Below are positions 34,607 through 43,728 of a stretch of DNA of 64,000 nucleotides, piece after piece. Origin of the DNA: Gaiellaceae bacterium (GTDB lineage: Bacteria > Actinomycetota > Thermoleophilia > Gaiellales > Gaiellaceae); NCBI GenBank assembly GCA_035274625.1, contig DATENZ010000055.1, forward strand, positions 5-64,004. Direction: 5' to 3'. Both the position numbers and the translations under genes were made by a program. The stretch's first letter is position 1, and every line of letters starts with the position of its first letter. Below the pieces are notes generated by a model that saw nothing but the letters and a program-made list of their open reading frames with translations, made no database searches and had not been told where the DNA came from.

Positions 34607-35607
34607 TCGTCCGCGTGGCCGAAGATCGGCGGGCGGGCACGCGCGAATGCGTCCGTCCAGTACGCCGTGCGGTCGAGATATGCGCGCTCGGCCGCGCGTC
34701 CTTGCCGCCCCCAGGCGCCGTCGTAGCTCTCGAAGACGCTGGCCGCTGCCCCGCCGCGACGGGCGCGGGCGGGCTCGATCTGCGTTCCCTCGTGCCACTC
34801 GTTGTAGCTCGTGATCGTCACGCCGTCCGCGGCAGACTGAATCGCCGCGCGCCACATCGCGTCGTACGTCGCTCCGTCGCGCCGCGGCTTCACGCGTAGG
34901 TCACCCGTCGCGCGGCTCGCCTCGTAGCCGGGACCGACCGACGGGAGGCACAGCAGCCGGGCCTGGTGCGCCGCCCTGCACAGGCGCTTGAACGTCGCGC
35001 CGCTCCAGCGGAGGATGTCGTACGTGTACAGGCCGTCGAACTCGCCTGCGGAGGCCCGCCCGGCGGAGCCCGTTTCGGCAAACAGCTGGACCGGCGGCAG
35101 CTGCTCGCGCAGGGCAGGCCAGGCGTCCGGGCTGATGCCCTCGAACGGCTGGTAGACGAAGAAGCGCTCGATCCCGAGCGCCTCGAGGTGCTCGACGTCG
35201 CCGGCGATGCTCTCCGCGTTCCGCCCGGGGTACGGCTCGAGGTGCACCGCCACGCTCAGGCCGGCGGCGTTGGCCGCCTTGATCACGAGCGGCAGCCGGA
35301 CGTCTTCCGGTGACCCCCACCCCCACCACGAGTAGACGAGCTCGCGTACGCCGCTGGCGGCGATCTCGCGCATCTGTGCGGTCACGATGCCGCGATTCGA
35401 GCTGGAGTAGAGGCCGCGGGCCGGGTAGTAGTTGGACGTGATCCCGAACGCGGATCCGCCCGGGCCGAGCCAGTGCTCCCAGGTGCCGTCGCGGGCCGGG
35501 TTGCCGTACCACGGGTAGTAGAAGATCGAGGTCCACGTTTGAGCCTGCGCTGCGGCGGGGGCGCAGAGCAACGCGAAGCAGACGATCAGGAGGCGCAGCG
35601 TTCTCAC
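34603..35607 (-). CDS. Secreted GH99-like glycoside hydrolase
   Basis: Signal peptide, then FYYPWYGNP..DG.WEHW, YYPARGLYSS and SWWGWGS blocks, which I associate with family GH99. Confidence 0.6.
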   Translation of the reverse strand: MRTLRLLIVCFALLCAPAAAQAQTWTSIFYYPWYGNPARDGTWEHWLGPGGSAFGITSNYYPARGLYSSSNRGIVTAQMREIAASGVRELVYSWWGWGSPEDVRLPLVIKAANAAGLSVAVHLEPYPGRNAESIAGDVEHLEALGIERFFVYQPFEGISPDAWPALREQLPPVQLFAETGSAGRASAGEFDGLYTYDILRWSGATFKRLCRAAHQARLLCLPSVGPGYEASRATGDLRVKPRRDGATYDAMWRAAIQSAADGVTITSYNEWHEGTQIEPARARRGGAAASVFESYDGAWGRQGRAAERAYLDRTAYWTDAFARARPPIFGHADD

Positions 35608-35714
35608 TCGTGGGGGGCGCGCGGGATCATCGCATCTCCACCGGAAAAGCCAAAGTGCCCGATGATCCCTCGAACGCGCTTGGGCGGTGCCGCCGCGACT
35701 CCGATAACCCGTCC

Positions 35715-36314
35715 ATGCAGCGGCGAGCCGCAGTTCTCGTCCTGGCGGCCGCCTATGCCCTCACGTGGACCGGCTCCGCTCTTGCCCGCGGAGGAACGTA
35801 CGTATTCGACGGCGGCACGCCGAGGCAGCAGGCCCAGGTTCGGGTCGCGCTCGACACGAGCCTGTTCAACTGGAGCATCGTCCCGGCGACGATCACGATT
35901 CACCTGCAGAAGGGCAGCGACACCTACGCGACCAAGGGCGAGATCTGGGTCGATACCGCCCTGCTCGCGTCCGGGCCGTTCGCCTGGGGGCCGATCCAGC
36001 ACGAGTACGCCCACCAGGTGGATTTCTTCCTCCTCGACGACGCGCAGCGGACGACGCTGACGACGGTGCTCGGCGCGCGGCTGTGGTCGCGTTCGAACGT
36101 CGCAGGGTTGCACGGTCCGGATCACGCTTTTCTCGGCGCGGAGCGGTTTGCCTCCACACTCACGTGGGCCTACTGGCCGTCGCCGGCGAACTCGCTCAAG
36201 CCCACGTCGAGCAAGGACGAGTCCGCTGCGATGGCGCCGGCCCAGTTCCGCGGGCTGCTCTCGCGCCTGTTCGGGATCCCGAACCCGCTACCGGCGGTCG
36301 TCAGCGTCGGCTGA
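35715..36314 (+). CDS. Secreted hypothetical protein with an HExxH motif
   Basis: Signal peptide MQRRAAVLVLAAAYALTWTGSALA; HEYAH zinc-binding-like motif. Confidence 0.55.
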   Translation: MQRRAAVLVLAAAYALTWTGSALARGGTYVFDGGTPRQQAQVRVALDTSLFNWSIVPATITIHLQKGSDTYATKGEIWVDTALLASGPFAWGPIQHEYAHQVDFFLLDDAQRTTLTTVLGARLWSRSNVAGLHGPDHAFLGAERFASTLTWAYWPSPANSLKPTSSKDESAAMAPAQFRGLLSRLFGIPNPLPAVVSVG

Positions 36315-36522
36315 CGCGCGTGCGGCACGGCCGGTGCGCGAGCCGACGGCCGCGCGGGGCCCAGTCTCTGCGACTGAGAAGCGGGACGGGGACGACTCGC
36401 ATCATCCCCTCCCACTCCGGCTCGTCGGCCAGGACCCTGCGCAGCGCTCGCTCGGCCTGCTCTCGAGACTGGTAGATCTCGATCACGTCGTCGACGAACT
36501 TGTCTGCGAGTCCCCAGAGCAT
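36301..36522 (-). CDS. Hypothetical small protein
   Basis: 73-aa ORF with GGGGGAGGA just upstream of the ATG. The N-terminal 45 aa look protein-like; the C-terminal part is Arg-rich and overlaps the convergent gene. Confidence 0.35.
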   Translation of the reverse strand: MLWGLADKFVDDVIEIYQSREQAERALRRVLADEPEWEGMMRVVPVPLLSRRDWAPRGRRLAHRPCRTRVSRR

Positions 36523-36674
36523 CGTCCTCCCCCTTACCCCGACTCACGGTAGAGACGACCGGCGGCGCCGATCAGTACTCGAACGAGGGATTCGCGCAAA
36601 ACCCCCCAAAGGGGTAGGCGCTGGAAGCCCGTCTCGCCTTTAACGAGACCAAGAACTTCCTCGCGGCCGACACA

Positions 36675-36715
36675 GAGAACGCCCCTCCTTGCGGCAGAGG
36701 GGCGTTCTCGCTTTT
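36675..36715 (+). terminator. Orphan intrinsic terminator (13-bp stem + UUUU) in a divergent intergenic region
   Basis: GAGAACGCCCCTC-(9 nt)-GAGGGGCGTTCTC followed by GCTTTT. No plus-strand CDS lies upstream of it. Confidence 0.6.
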
Positions 36716-36756
36716 GGGGGAAGGATCACGGCCGGAACGGAAGCTAGGGTCGAATC

Positions 36757-37305
36757 GTGGAGCACGTCGAAGTTCGGCGATCGCCGCGGGCGCGGCGGTG
36801 GCGCCTGGAGGCGCCCTGGGGCGAGCCGGCGCGGCTGACCGTGCCGCGCTCGATGCGGCAGGCAGAGGTCGACCGCGTGCTGGCGGCCGGCCGGCCGTGG
36901 ATCGCCGAGCAGCGACGGCGCCAGCTGCCGCGGCTCGGGTTGGAACGGCGGGAGGTCAGCGAGTCGGAAGCCCGGACCGCCGCGCGCGAGCTCCTCTGTG
37001 AGCTCGTCGAGCAGCAGGCGGCACGGCTCGGCGTGCGCTACCAGCGGATCCGGATTGCCGATCAGCGGACGCTCTGGGGCTCCTGCTCCTCACGGGGCAC
37101 GCTTTCGTTCAACTGGCGGCTCGTGCTCGCGCCGCCGGAGGTGCTGGAGTACGTGGTCGTGCACGAGGTCTGCCACCTGCGCGTCCCGAACCACTCCCGA
37201 CGCTTCTGGGCGCTCCTCGACCGGCACCGGCCCGGCTGGCGCGCGGAGCGAGCCTGGCTCCGCGAGCACGGGCCCGAGCTCCTCGCCTTCCGCCCTAGCG
37301 CGTGA
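36757..37305 (+). CDS. YgjP/DUF45-type (M48-like) metal-dependent hydrolase
   Basis: WGSCS....L.FNWRL and HEVCHL...NHS..FW motifs. Confidence 0.85.
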   Translation: MEHVEVRRSPRARRWRLEAPWGEPARLTVPRSMRQAEVDRVLAAGRPWIAEQRRRQLPRLGLERREVSESEARTAARELLCELVEQQAARLGVRYQRIRIADQRTLWGSCSSRGTLSFNWRLVLAPPEVLEYVVVHEVCHLRVPNHSRRFWALLDRHRPGWRAERAWLREHGPELLAFRPSA

Positions 37306-37657
37306 CGGCCAGCGTCGCCCGCATGCCGGCCGCGCGGTGGCCCGGCAGCGAGCAGTACAGGTCGTAGCGTCCCGCCACGAGCTTCACCTCCAGCCCGGCG
37401 TGGCCGCGCGGCGGCACCAGCCTGGTCTGCGCAGGCCTCGCGCCGGGCGCCCTCCTGACGAGCACGAGGTCGTGCCCGTCCTGGCCGAAGTTGACGACGT
37501 CGACGATCGCGAGCCCGGAGCGCACCGACAGCCGCGAGAGCGTCAGCCTGTACTCCTGCTCGACGACCTGGAGGCGAGACGGCGCCCGCGCCGAGTCGAC
37601 CGGCGCTGCCGCCGCGAGCGCGACAAGGCCGAGCGCGATCGACGGCCAGACCCTCAT
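37295..37657 (-). CDS. Secreted cupredoxin (type-1 copper) protein
   Basis: Signal peptide. Ligand pattern H(61)...YCSLPGHRAAGM (Cys, His, Met). The ATG overlaps the upstream stop (ATGA). Confidence 0.7.
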   Translation of the reverse strand: MRVWPSIALGLVALAAAAPVDSARAPSRLQVVEQEYRLTLSRLSVRSGLAIVDVVNFGQDGHDLVLVRRAPGARPAQTRLVPPRGHAGLEVKLVAGRYDLYCSLPGHRAAGMRATLAVTR

Positions 37658-39057
37658 CCGACCAGCTTGAGGCGCTTCATCCGCTTCGCGTCCGGGACGA
37701 TCGGCTCGGCGTCGACGCCGAACCACTGCTCGAGCAGCGACGCGTACACGGAGCGGAAGTCGGTCGTCGCCCGCACGTTGCCGTTTCCGTCCAGCCCCTT
37801 CGTCAGCCCGGGAAAGCCGCCGACGATCGTGGCGCGCACGCCCGAGCCGATCAGGAAGGCGACCCCCGCCGCGCCGTGGTCGGTGCCGCGGGAGGCGTTC
37901 TCGGCCGCACGGCGGCCGAACTCGGTCCAGACGAGCGTCAGCACGCGGTTGCCCAGGCGCCGCGCCTCGAGGTCGTGCTGGAAGACGACGAGCGTCTCGG
38001 CGACCTGCTTCAGGCCGTCGGCGAGCGCTCCCGCCTCCTCGGCGTGCGTGTCGTAGCTCCCGGGTGCCGTCACCGCCACCGTTCGGATCGGGAAGCCCGC
38101 GCCGAGCATGGCCGCGAGCGCCTGCAGCCGACGGGCGAAGTCGCCGTCCGGGTACTTGAGCCCGCCGGGCGAGTGGATCCGGGCGTGGCCGTCCTTGTCG
38201 AGGAAGCGTCCGAGACGCCGGCGGAGGCGGTCCGACTCGAGCGCGGTGTTGCTCGCAGCGGCCAGCCAGCGGTCCGGGTCCCCGCGCAGCCCGCCGAGGC
38301 CGCCGACGGCCTCCTCGAGCAGGCCGCCCGCGTCGTCCCACACGTTGCGGCTCTGGAAGCGGTACTCCTCGGGCGACGCAATCGTGGACACGGGTGTCTT
38401 CGCCGAGGCGAGCGACGGAAGCAGCTGACCGTCGAGCGAGAGGCCCTGCATCGCGTTGTCCGGATTGCCGTGCAGGTCGAGGTACCGGCCGAGCCAGCCC
38501 GTGCGCAGGTTGACGTCGAGCGCGCCTACCTCCCAGTAGTGGCGCGACGTGAAGTGCGACTGGTCGGGATGGCTGTACCCGATTGCCGGGAAGACCGTCA
38601 CCTTGCCGTTCGCGTACAGCTCGGTCGCGAGCGGCGCGAGCGACGGGTGCCAGTGGAGCGTGCTGTCTCCGGCGAGCGGGATGCCCTCCTCGCCCTTCAG
38701 CGCGAGGTTCGGGCGCAGCCGCCGGTAGCGCGGGTCGCCGGCCGGGTAGAGCACCGAGAGGCCGTCGGCGCCGCCCGGCAGGAAGATCGAGACCAGCACA
38801 CGGTCGCTGGAGCGCCCGGCCGCCGCGCTCGCGATCCCGTCGTCCAGCTGCAGCGGGCTCAGGCGCGACGCGCCGTAGACGACGAGCGCCATCCCCGCCG
38901 TCCGCGAAATGAAGGCCCGCCGGTCGAGGCCGGTGCCCGCCGGGAGCGGCATCCCCGGCTCGATTGCCGGCAGGCCGCGGCCCGCTTCGGCCGCGGCCCG
39001 CCGGAACAGGGTCGCTCTCGCGAACTCGTTGCAGGTTCGGCAGGCGCGCTGCGTCAT
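37654..39057 (-). CDS. DUF1501-family protein with a Tat signal
   Basis: Twin-arginine LDRRAFISRTAGMALVV; sulfatase-like core (LPGGADGLS, TEFGRR, DHG). The ATG overlaps the DUF1800 stop. Confidence 0.85.
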   Translation of the reverse strand: MTQRACRTCNEFARATLFRRAAAEAGRGLPAIEPGMPLPAGTGLDRRAFISRTAGMALVVYGASRLSPLQLDDGIASAAAGRSSDRVLVSIFLPGGADGLSVLYPAGDPRYRRLRPNLALKGEEGIPLAGDSTLHWHPSLAPLATELYANGKVTVFPAIGYSHPDQSHFTSRHYWEVGALDVNLRTGWLGRYLDLHGNPDNAMQGLSLDGQLLPSLASAKTPVSTIASPEEYRFQSRNVWDDAGGLLEEAVGGLGGLRGDPDRWLAAASNTALESDRLRRRLGRFLDKDGHARIHSPGGLKYPDGDFARRLQALAAMLGAGFPIRTVAVTAPGSYDTHAEEAGALADGLKQVAETLVVFQHDLEARRLGNRVLTLVWTEFGRRAAENASRGTDHGAAGVAFLIGSGVRATIVGGFPGLTKGLDGNGNVRATTDFRSVYASLLEQWFGVDAEPIVPDAKRMKRLKLVG

Positions 39058-40403
39058 GCGGTCTGGAGCTCCGGCGAGACCGCGATCAGGTGGCGCGCGC
39101 CGTTCACGGCCATCAGCGGATAGGCCTTCAGCTTCCACTCCTCGCTGCCCGCCGCCGCCACGGTTCTCGCGGCGAAGCTCGTCAGCGCGTTCTGCGTCTG
39201 GCTCGAGACAGGCGGGCGGTGCCAGAAGTCGAGCGCCGTGTCGACGATCGCAGCGGCGGTCGGCGGCACACGACGCTTCGCCTTCCCGGGGTCGTACGCA
39301 TAGCGGTCGAGCGCGGTCGCGGCGATGCGCCACCGGGCCAGAAACGTCGACGTGTCGTACCAGCGCGACTCGTCCCACCCCGACACGTTCGGCGGATAGA
39401 ACAGCTGCTGGCCGGCCTGCGCGCAGAGCCAGATCCAGTCCTCGCGGTCGATCCGCTGACCGAGCCGGCGAAGCAGCCCGGCCGTGTACACGACGGGCGA
39501 TTTCGGCATGCTCGGCCCCTCGTAGAGCAGCGGATGCCGGAGGATCGCGCCTACGACCGGCCGGATCTGGAGCTTGTTCCTGACGTAGAGCTGCTCGAGG
39601 CCCGCCTGCGTCTCTGCGTCGGGGTCGACCGGGACGAAGTAGCCCCACAGCTTGCGAACGAAGAAGCCGGCGTGCGCGGGGTGCTGGACGCAGAGCCGCA
39701 CGGAGTCGCGCCAGCCGAACTTGCCCGACTTGCCGAAGATCACCTTGAACGACGGGTCGTGGCGCTTCGCCTCGAAGCGGAAATCCGTCCAGCCGTAGCC
39801 GTTCCTGTACCGCGCCGTCCATCCCGTCAGGGCGCGCGCCTGCTCGCGGACGTCGTCCTCCGTGTAGCCGCTCGCGGCGCCGAGCGAGAAGAGCTCCATC
39901 ATCTCGCGGCCGAAGTTCTCGTTCGGCGCCTCGCGCTCGTTCTCGATCCCGGAGAGGTAGAGCAGCATCGCGGGGTCGATCGCGACGGCCTCGAAGAGCG
40001 TGTGGAACGAGGCGAGACCGGCGCGGCGGAAGAGCGCGTTCTGGCGCAGCATCAGACGCTGTGAGCCGACGCCGTCGTTCGAGGTCGCGAACCAGTCGTG
40101 CCAGACGAGCGTCATACGCTCGACGAGCGGTCTGCTCGTCCGCACCATCTTGTCGAGCCACCAGAGGTGGTCGTGGCCCCACTGGTCCTTCGGTGCGAGC
40201 GGGCGTCCCTTCTGGTCGCGCGGCGGCTTGCCGATCAGGCGTTCGGCGCCCGGGTAGACGAGCGAGCGCACCGCTCCCGTGAGCCCCAGCGCCGCGAGCC
40301 TGCGTGCCTCGGCGGGTCGGGGACCGAAGCCGGCGCGCCACAGCAGCCGTTCCGCCTGCGCGGGCCCGAACGGGCCGTCGTACACGGGAAGGCTAGCCGT
40401 CAC
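39054..40403 (-). CDS. DUF1800-family protein
   Basis: LLWRAGFGP opening and MTLVWHDWFATS, NENFGREMMELFSLG blocks characteristic of DUF1800. Confidence 0.85.
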   Translation of the reverse strand: MTASLPVYDGPFGPAQAERLLWRAGFGPRPAEARRLAALGLTGAVRSLVYPGAERLIGKPPRDQKGRPLAPKDQWGHDHLWWLDKMVRTSRPLVERMTLVWHDWFATSNDGVGSQRLMLRQNALFRRAGLASFHTLFEAVAIDPAMLLYLSGIENEREAPNENFGREMMELFSLGAASGYTEDDVREQARALTGWTARYRNGYGWTDFRFEAKRHDPSFKVIFGKSGKFGWRDSVRLCVQHPAHAGFFVRKLWGYFVPVDPDAETQAGLEQLYVRNKLQIRPVVGAILRHPLLYEGPSMPKSPVVYTAGLLRRLGQRIDREDWIWLCAQAGQQLFYPPNVSGWDESRWYDTSTFLARWRIAATALDRYAYDPGKAKRRVPPTAAAIVDTALDFWHRPPVSSQTQNALTSFAARTVAAAGSEEWKLKAYPLMAVNGARHLIAVSPELQTA

Positions 40404-40525
40404 CCTCGTCTTCGCCTCCTGGCCTGTCGGGGCGCCGCCGCGAGGCGCCGGCTTCGGGTCGCCGGGGATGATCGCCGCGTGCGAACGGCGGCGCCATCGC
40501 TCGAATCAGGGATCTTCGGCCGGTG

Positions 40526-41923
40526 CTAGAGCTCGCAGCTGCTCAGCCGGACCTCGCCGCTGAGACAGGTGTCCTTGCCGTTTCCGCCCCGCAGGCTGTC
40601 GTTGCCGGCGCCGCCGTCGAGGAAGTCGTTGCCGCTGCCGCCGGAGAGGTCGTCGGGGCTGGCGCCGCCGTCGATCCAGTCGCTGCCCTCGCCGCCGTCG
40701 ATCGTGTCCGGGCCGTCGCCGCCGCAGATCACGTCGTTGCCGCCCTTGCCGTAGACGGTATCCGCGCCGCCGAGCGCGACGATCACGTCGCGGCCGGCCG
40801 TGCCGTTGATCACGTCGTTCTGCGCGGTGCCGAGGCGGGTCGGCATGAGGCCGTTGCAGGTCGGGACGACGACCTGGTACGGGCACGAGGTCGTGGCGGT
40901 GTTCCCCGCGCGATCCGAGCCCGTCACCGGCGTCGTGAAGAACCCGGGGGCGCTCCTGTTCGCGACGCCCTGCACCTGTGCGGCCGCCGGCCCGGAGGTG
41001 GCGTCCGTGACCGATGCCGGCACCCACGCGCCGAGCTGGTAGAGCTCGAACACCGGGGCGGGCGTACCGCAGGTCACCGAGGGACGAGTCGTGTCGCGCT
41101 GGACGAGCGCCGAGGCGGTCGCGGTTCCCCCGGTGGAGGTGGCCCGGCACTGGAACGTCGTCCCGGCGGTGTCGGCCGTCACGTTCGCGGGATCGCAGCC
41201 GACCTTCGAGGAGATCTGCGACTCCGGGTCGTCGACCGCCCAGCTCACAGTGACGTCCGACACGTACCACCCGTTCGCGCCCGCGGTGCCGGTCAGGGTG
41301 GAGGCGATCGAAGGAGGCGTGTGGTCGCCGCCGGTCGGCCGCCAGAGCCAGACCCCGCGGGTCTGGCTCGCATCACCCGCAGCGCCGCCGGGCTCGACCG
41401 CGAAACCGCCGGCCGGCGGCGGAAAGCCTGCCCCCACGCTTGCGGCCAGCGGCGTTCCGGCGTCTGTCGAGGACGTCCAGCCGTCCGTGGATTGGCTCGA
41501 CTGGTAGGTCAGGGCGAAGTACCTCGTCCACCGCATGTCGCCCAGGAAGAACGAGGCCGAGAGGAAGTACGCAGGGCCGGCGACGATCGGAGGACTCGCC
41601 GTCGCGATCGCCGGCTCGTAGTTGTCCAGCAGCTCGACGACCTGCGTGGCCGTCGCCCACAACCAGCCGGTCAGGACCTTCGGACCGACCGATCCTGCAC
41701 ACGGGGTGACGCCGTCGCGCGGACAGACCTGGGCGATCTGGTTCCAGGTCAGGCCGGTCGTCTCGTAGAGCTGCCGCCACTCGCGACCGTTGCCCTCGTC
41801 GACGGGATCGGGCGGGACGGCGGCGGCCGGGGTTCCCCCGAGCAGCGCGGCGAAGAAGCTCAGGGAAAGGAAGGCAAGGAGCGTTCCCCGCCTGATCCTG
41901 CGCCGATCACCCCGGCCGTCCAC
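40526..41923 (-). CDS. Secreted protein with C-terminal RTX-type calcium-binding repeats
   Basis: GTG-initiated signal peptide (RRGTLLAFLSLSFFAALLGG). C-terminal GGxGxD nonapeptides (GGADTVYGKGGNDVICGGDGPDTIDGGEGSDWIDGG...GGSGNDFLDGGAGNDSLRGGNGKD). Confidence 0.7.
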   Translation of the reverse strand: MDGRGDRRRIRRGTLLAFLSLSFFAALLGGTPAAAVPPDPVDEGNGREWRQLYETTGLTWNQIAQVCPRDGVTPCAGSVGPKVLTGWLWATATQVVELLDNYEPAIATASPPIVAGPAYFLSASFFLGDMRWTRYFALTYQSSQSTDGWTSSTDAGTPLAASVGAGFPPPAGGFAVEPGGAAGDASQTRGVWLWRPTGGDHTPPSIASTLTGTAGANGWYVSDVTVSWAVDDPESQISSKVGCDPANVTADTAGTTFQCRATSTGGTATASALVQRDTTRPSVTCGTPAPVFELYQLGAWVPASVTDATSGPAAAQVQGVANRSAPGFFTTPVTGSDRAGNTATTSCPYQVVVPTCNGLMPTRLGTAQNDVINGTAGRDVIVALGGADTVYGKGGNDVICGGDGPDTIDGGEGSDWIDGGASPDDLSGGSGNDFLDGGAGNDSLRGGNGKDTCLSGEVRLSSCEL

Positions 41924-42028
41924 CCTCTCGCGAGCTACTACGCGGCGGCGCGTCCTTTGGATTCGCGTTTCGAGGGATCGAGCCGGGGCACCAGCGCCAG
42001 ACGCACGCAAGCAACGAAAGGGGTGCCC

Positions 42029-43024
42029 GTGATTCTCCGCATCGACCGGCTCCAGGTGGAGCTGCCGCCGCCGTCCGAACCGGATCCCGCCGGGGCCGCC
42101 GCCGTACAGGAGCTGCTCGGCGGCAAGTTCGGCGAGATGTCGACGTTCATGAACTACACGTACCAGTCGTTCAACTTCCGCGGCCGGCAGGGCGCGCGTC
42201 CCTTCTACGACCTCGTCGCCAACATCGCGGCGGAGGAGTTCGGCCACGTCGAGCTCGTCGCGACGACGATCAATACGATGCTCACGGGCGCGACGAAGCC
42301 GGCGAACGGCCGCGCGCGGAACGGCGCGCTCGGCAGGGAGATGGGCGTCGGGAACCCGCACCACTTCCTCGCCGGCGGCCAGGGAGCACTGCCGCAGAAC
42401 TCCCAGGGACGGCCGTGGAACGGCGACTTCGTCTTCGCGTCGGGCGATCTCGTCGAGGACTTGACGCACAACTTCTTTCTCGAGACGGGCGCGAGGAACA
42501 ACAAGCTGAAGGTCTACGAGATGGTCGACCATCCGGCGGCACGGGCGCTGACCGGCTTCCTGCTCGTGCGCGGCGGCGTGCACCAGATCGCGTACGCACG
42601 CGCGCTCGAGAACCTGACCGGAGCGAACCTGATGAAGCTCTTCCCGTCGCCGCGGATCCCGACCGAGAAGATCCCGGAGTGCCGGCAGCACATCAAGCGC
42701 GGCGAGCACCGGCGCCTCTACCGCTTCTCGCCCGAGGACTACCAGGAGCTGCGCGCCGTCTTCAACGGGCCGCATCCCGAGACGGGCGAGGAGCTGGAGG
42801 TCGCCGACGAGCCGCCAGAGGGCTTCCTTCCGCGTGATCTGCCGCCGCAGACGGCCGTGTTCGCGCCCGACTACGCCCCCGAGGAGATCGCGCGGATTGC
42901 CGCGAAGCTGCGCAAGCAGGCCGGACTGCCGAAGGAGCCGACCGGTGCGGTCGCGAACGGCGCCGCTGCGAAGCGGACGGCCCGGCGCCGGGCGCCGGCC
43001 CGGGCGGCGACGAAGCGGAAGTAA
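42029..43024 (+). CDS. Manganese catalase family protein
   Basis: LLGGKFGEMSTFMNYTYQSFN, EEFGHVELV and HQIAY blocks; Lys/Arg-rich tail. GTG preceded by GAAAGGGG. Confidence 0.85.
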   Translation: MILRIDRLQVELPPPSEPDPAGAAAVQELLGGKFGEMSTFMNYTYQSFNFRGRQGARPFYDLVANIAAEEFGHVELVATTINTMLTGATKPANGRARNGALGREMGVGNPHHFLAGGQGALPQNSQGRPWNGDFVFASGDLVEDLTHNFFLETGARNNKLKVYEMVDHPAARALTGFLLVRGGVHQIAYARALENLTGANLMKLFPSPRIPTEKIPECRQHIKRGEHRRLYRFSPEDYQELRAVFNGPHPETGEELEVADEPPEGFLPRDLPPQTAVFAPDYAPEEIARIAAKLRKQAGLPKEPTGAVANGAAAKRTARRRAPARAATKRK

Positions 43025-43088
43025 CGGGACCGTCGCGGCCGGCGCGGGGTCGCTTGACTCCGCGCCGCCGATGACGGACAACTGACCG

Positions 43089-43724
43089 ATGGGCGAGACG
43101 CCGCTCGAGCGCCTCCGCGCCGAGCTCGACGACCTGCGGGCGTCGCAGGCACGCCTTGTCGGGGCGGTCGACGCTCGATCGCGCGAGCTCGAGCGCGACC
43201 TGCACGACGGCCTGCAGCAGGACCTCGTCGCGCTCGCCGTCATCCTCCAGCGGGCGCGGCAGCTGTGCGATTCGAACCCCGGCGAGGCGAAGGCGCTGCT
43301 GGAGGAGCTCTCGGCGGATCTCAAGGGGGCGATCGAGGAGCTGCGGCGCGTCGCGCAGCGCGTCTATCCGCCCGTCGTCGACGGTCCCGGGCTCGTCGCG
43401 GCGCTTCGCGCGGCGGCGGCCGGGCTCGGCGTGCCCGCGCAGATCGACGCGGGCGCCCTGGTGTCCTGCCCGCCCGAGGTCTCGGCGGCCGTGTACTTCT
43501 GCTGCGTCGACGCGCTGGCGCACGCGGGCAGCGGCGCCCGAGCGACGATCTCCGCGGCCCGCGCCGACCGAGGCCTGAGCTTCGACGTCGCCCTCGACCG
43601 CGGCGAGGCGGAGTGGGCGCTCGACCTGGCGCAGTCCCGCATCGAGGCTCTCGGCGGACGGCTGACCGTCAGCTCGCAGCCGGACGGTGCAACCCGCGTG
43701 TCGGGGACGCTGCCGCTCTCGTGA
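43089..43724 (+). CDS. Soluble NarL-class histidine kinase core (HisKA_3 + HATPase) lacking a sensor domain
   Basis: H-box ERDLHDGLQQDL and G-box LGGRLTVSSQPDGATRVSGTLP. Only a coiled coil precedes the H-box. Confidence 0.7.
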   Translation: MGETPLERLRAELDDLRASQARLVGAVDARSRELERDLHDGLQQDLVALAVILQRARQLCDSNPGEAKALLEELSADLKGAIEELRRVAQRVYPPVVDGPGLVAALRAAAAGLGVPAQIDAGALVSCPPEVSAAVYFCCVDALAHAGSGARATISAARADRGLSFDVALDRGEAEWALDLAQSRIEALGGRLTVSSQPDGATRVSGTLPLS

Positions 43725-43728
43725 CGCG

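Noticed and set aside
36590-36715. 6C-type actinobacterial sRNA (a C6 run is present)
   Set aside because: Only one C-rich element is present, and the second hairpin has no C-rich loop. The known 6C architecture, with two stem-loops that both have C-rich loops, is not met. The region is kept only as a generic sRNA/leader candidate.
40523-43324. 833-aa plus-strand and 932-aa minus-strand ORFs covering the RTX-protein and catalase genes
   Set aside because: Each is a composite. Only 42029-43024 (+, Mn catalase) and 40526-41923 (-, RTX-like protein) have protein-like sequence, start signals and motifs. The remainders are antisense shadows.
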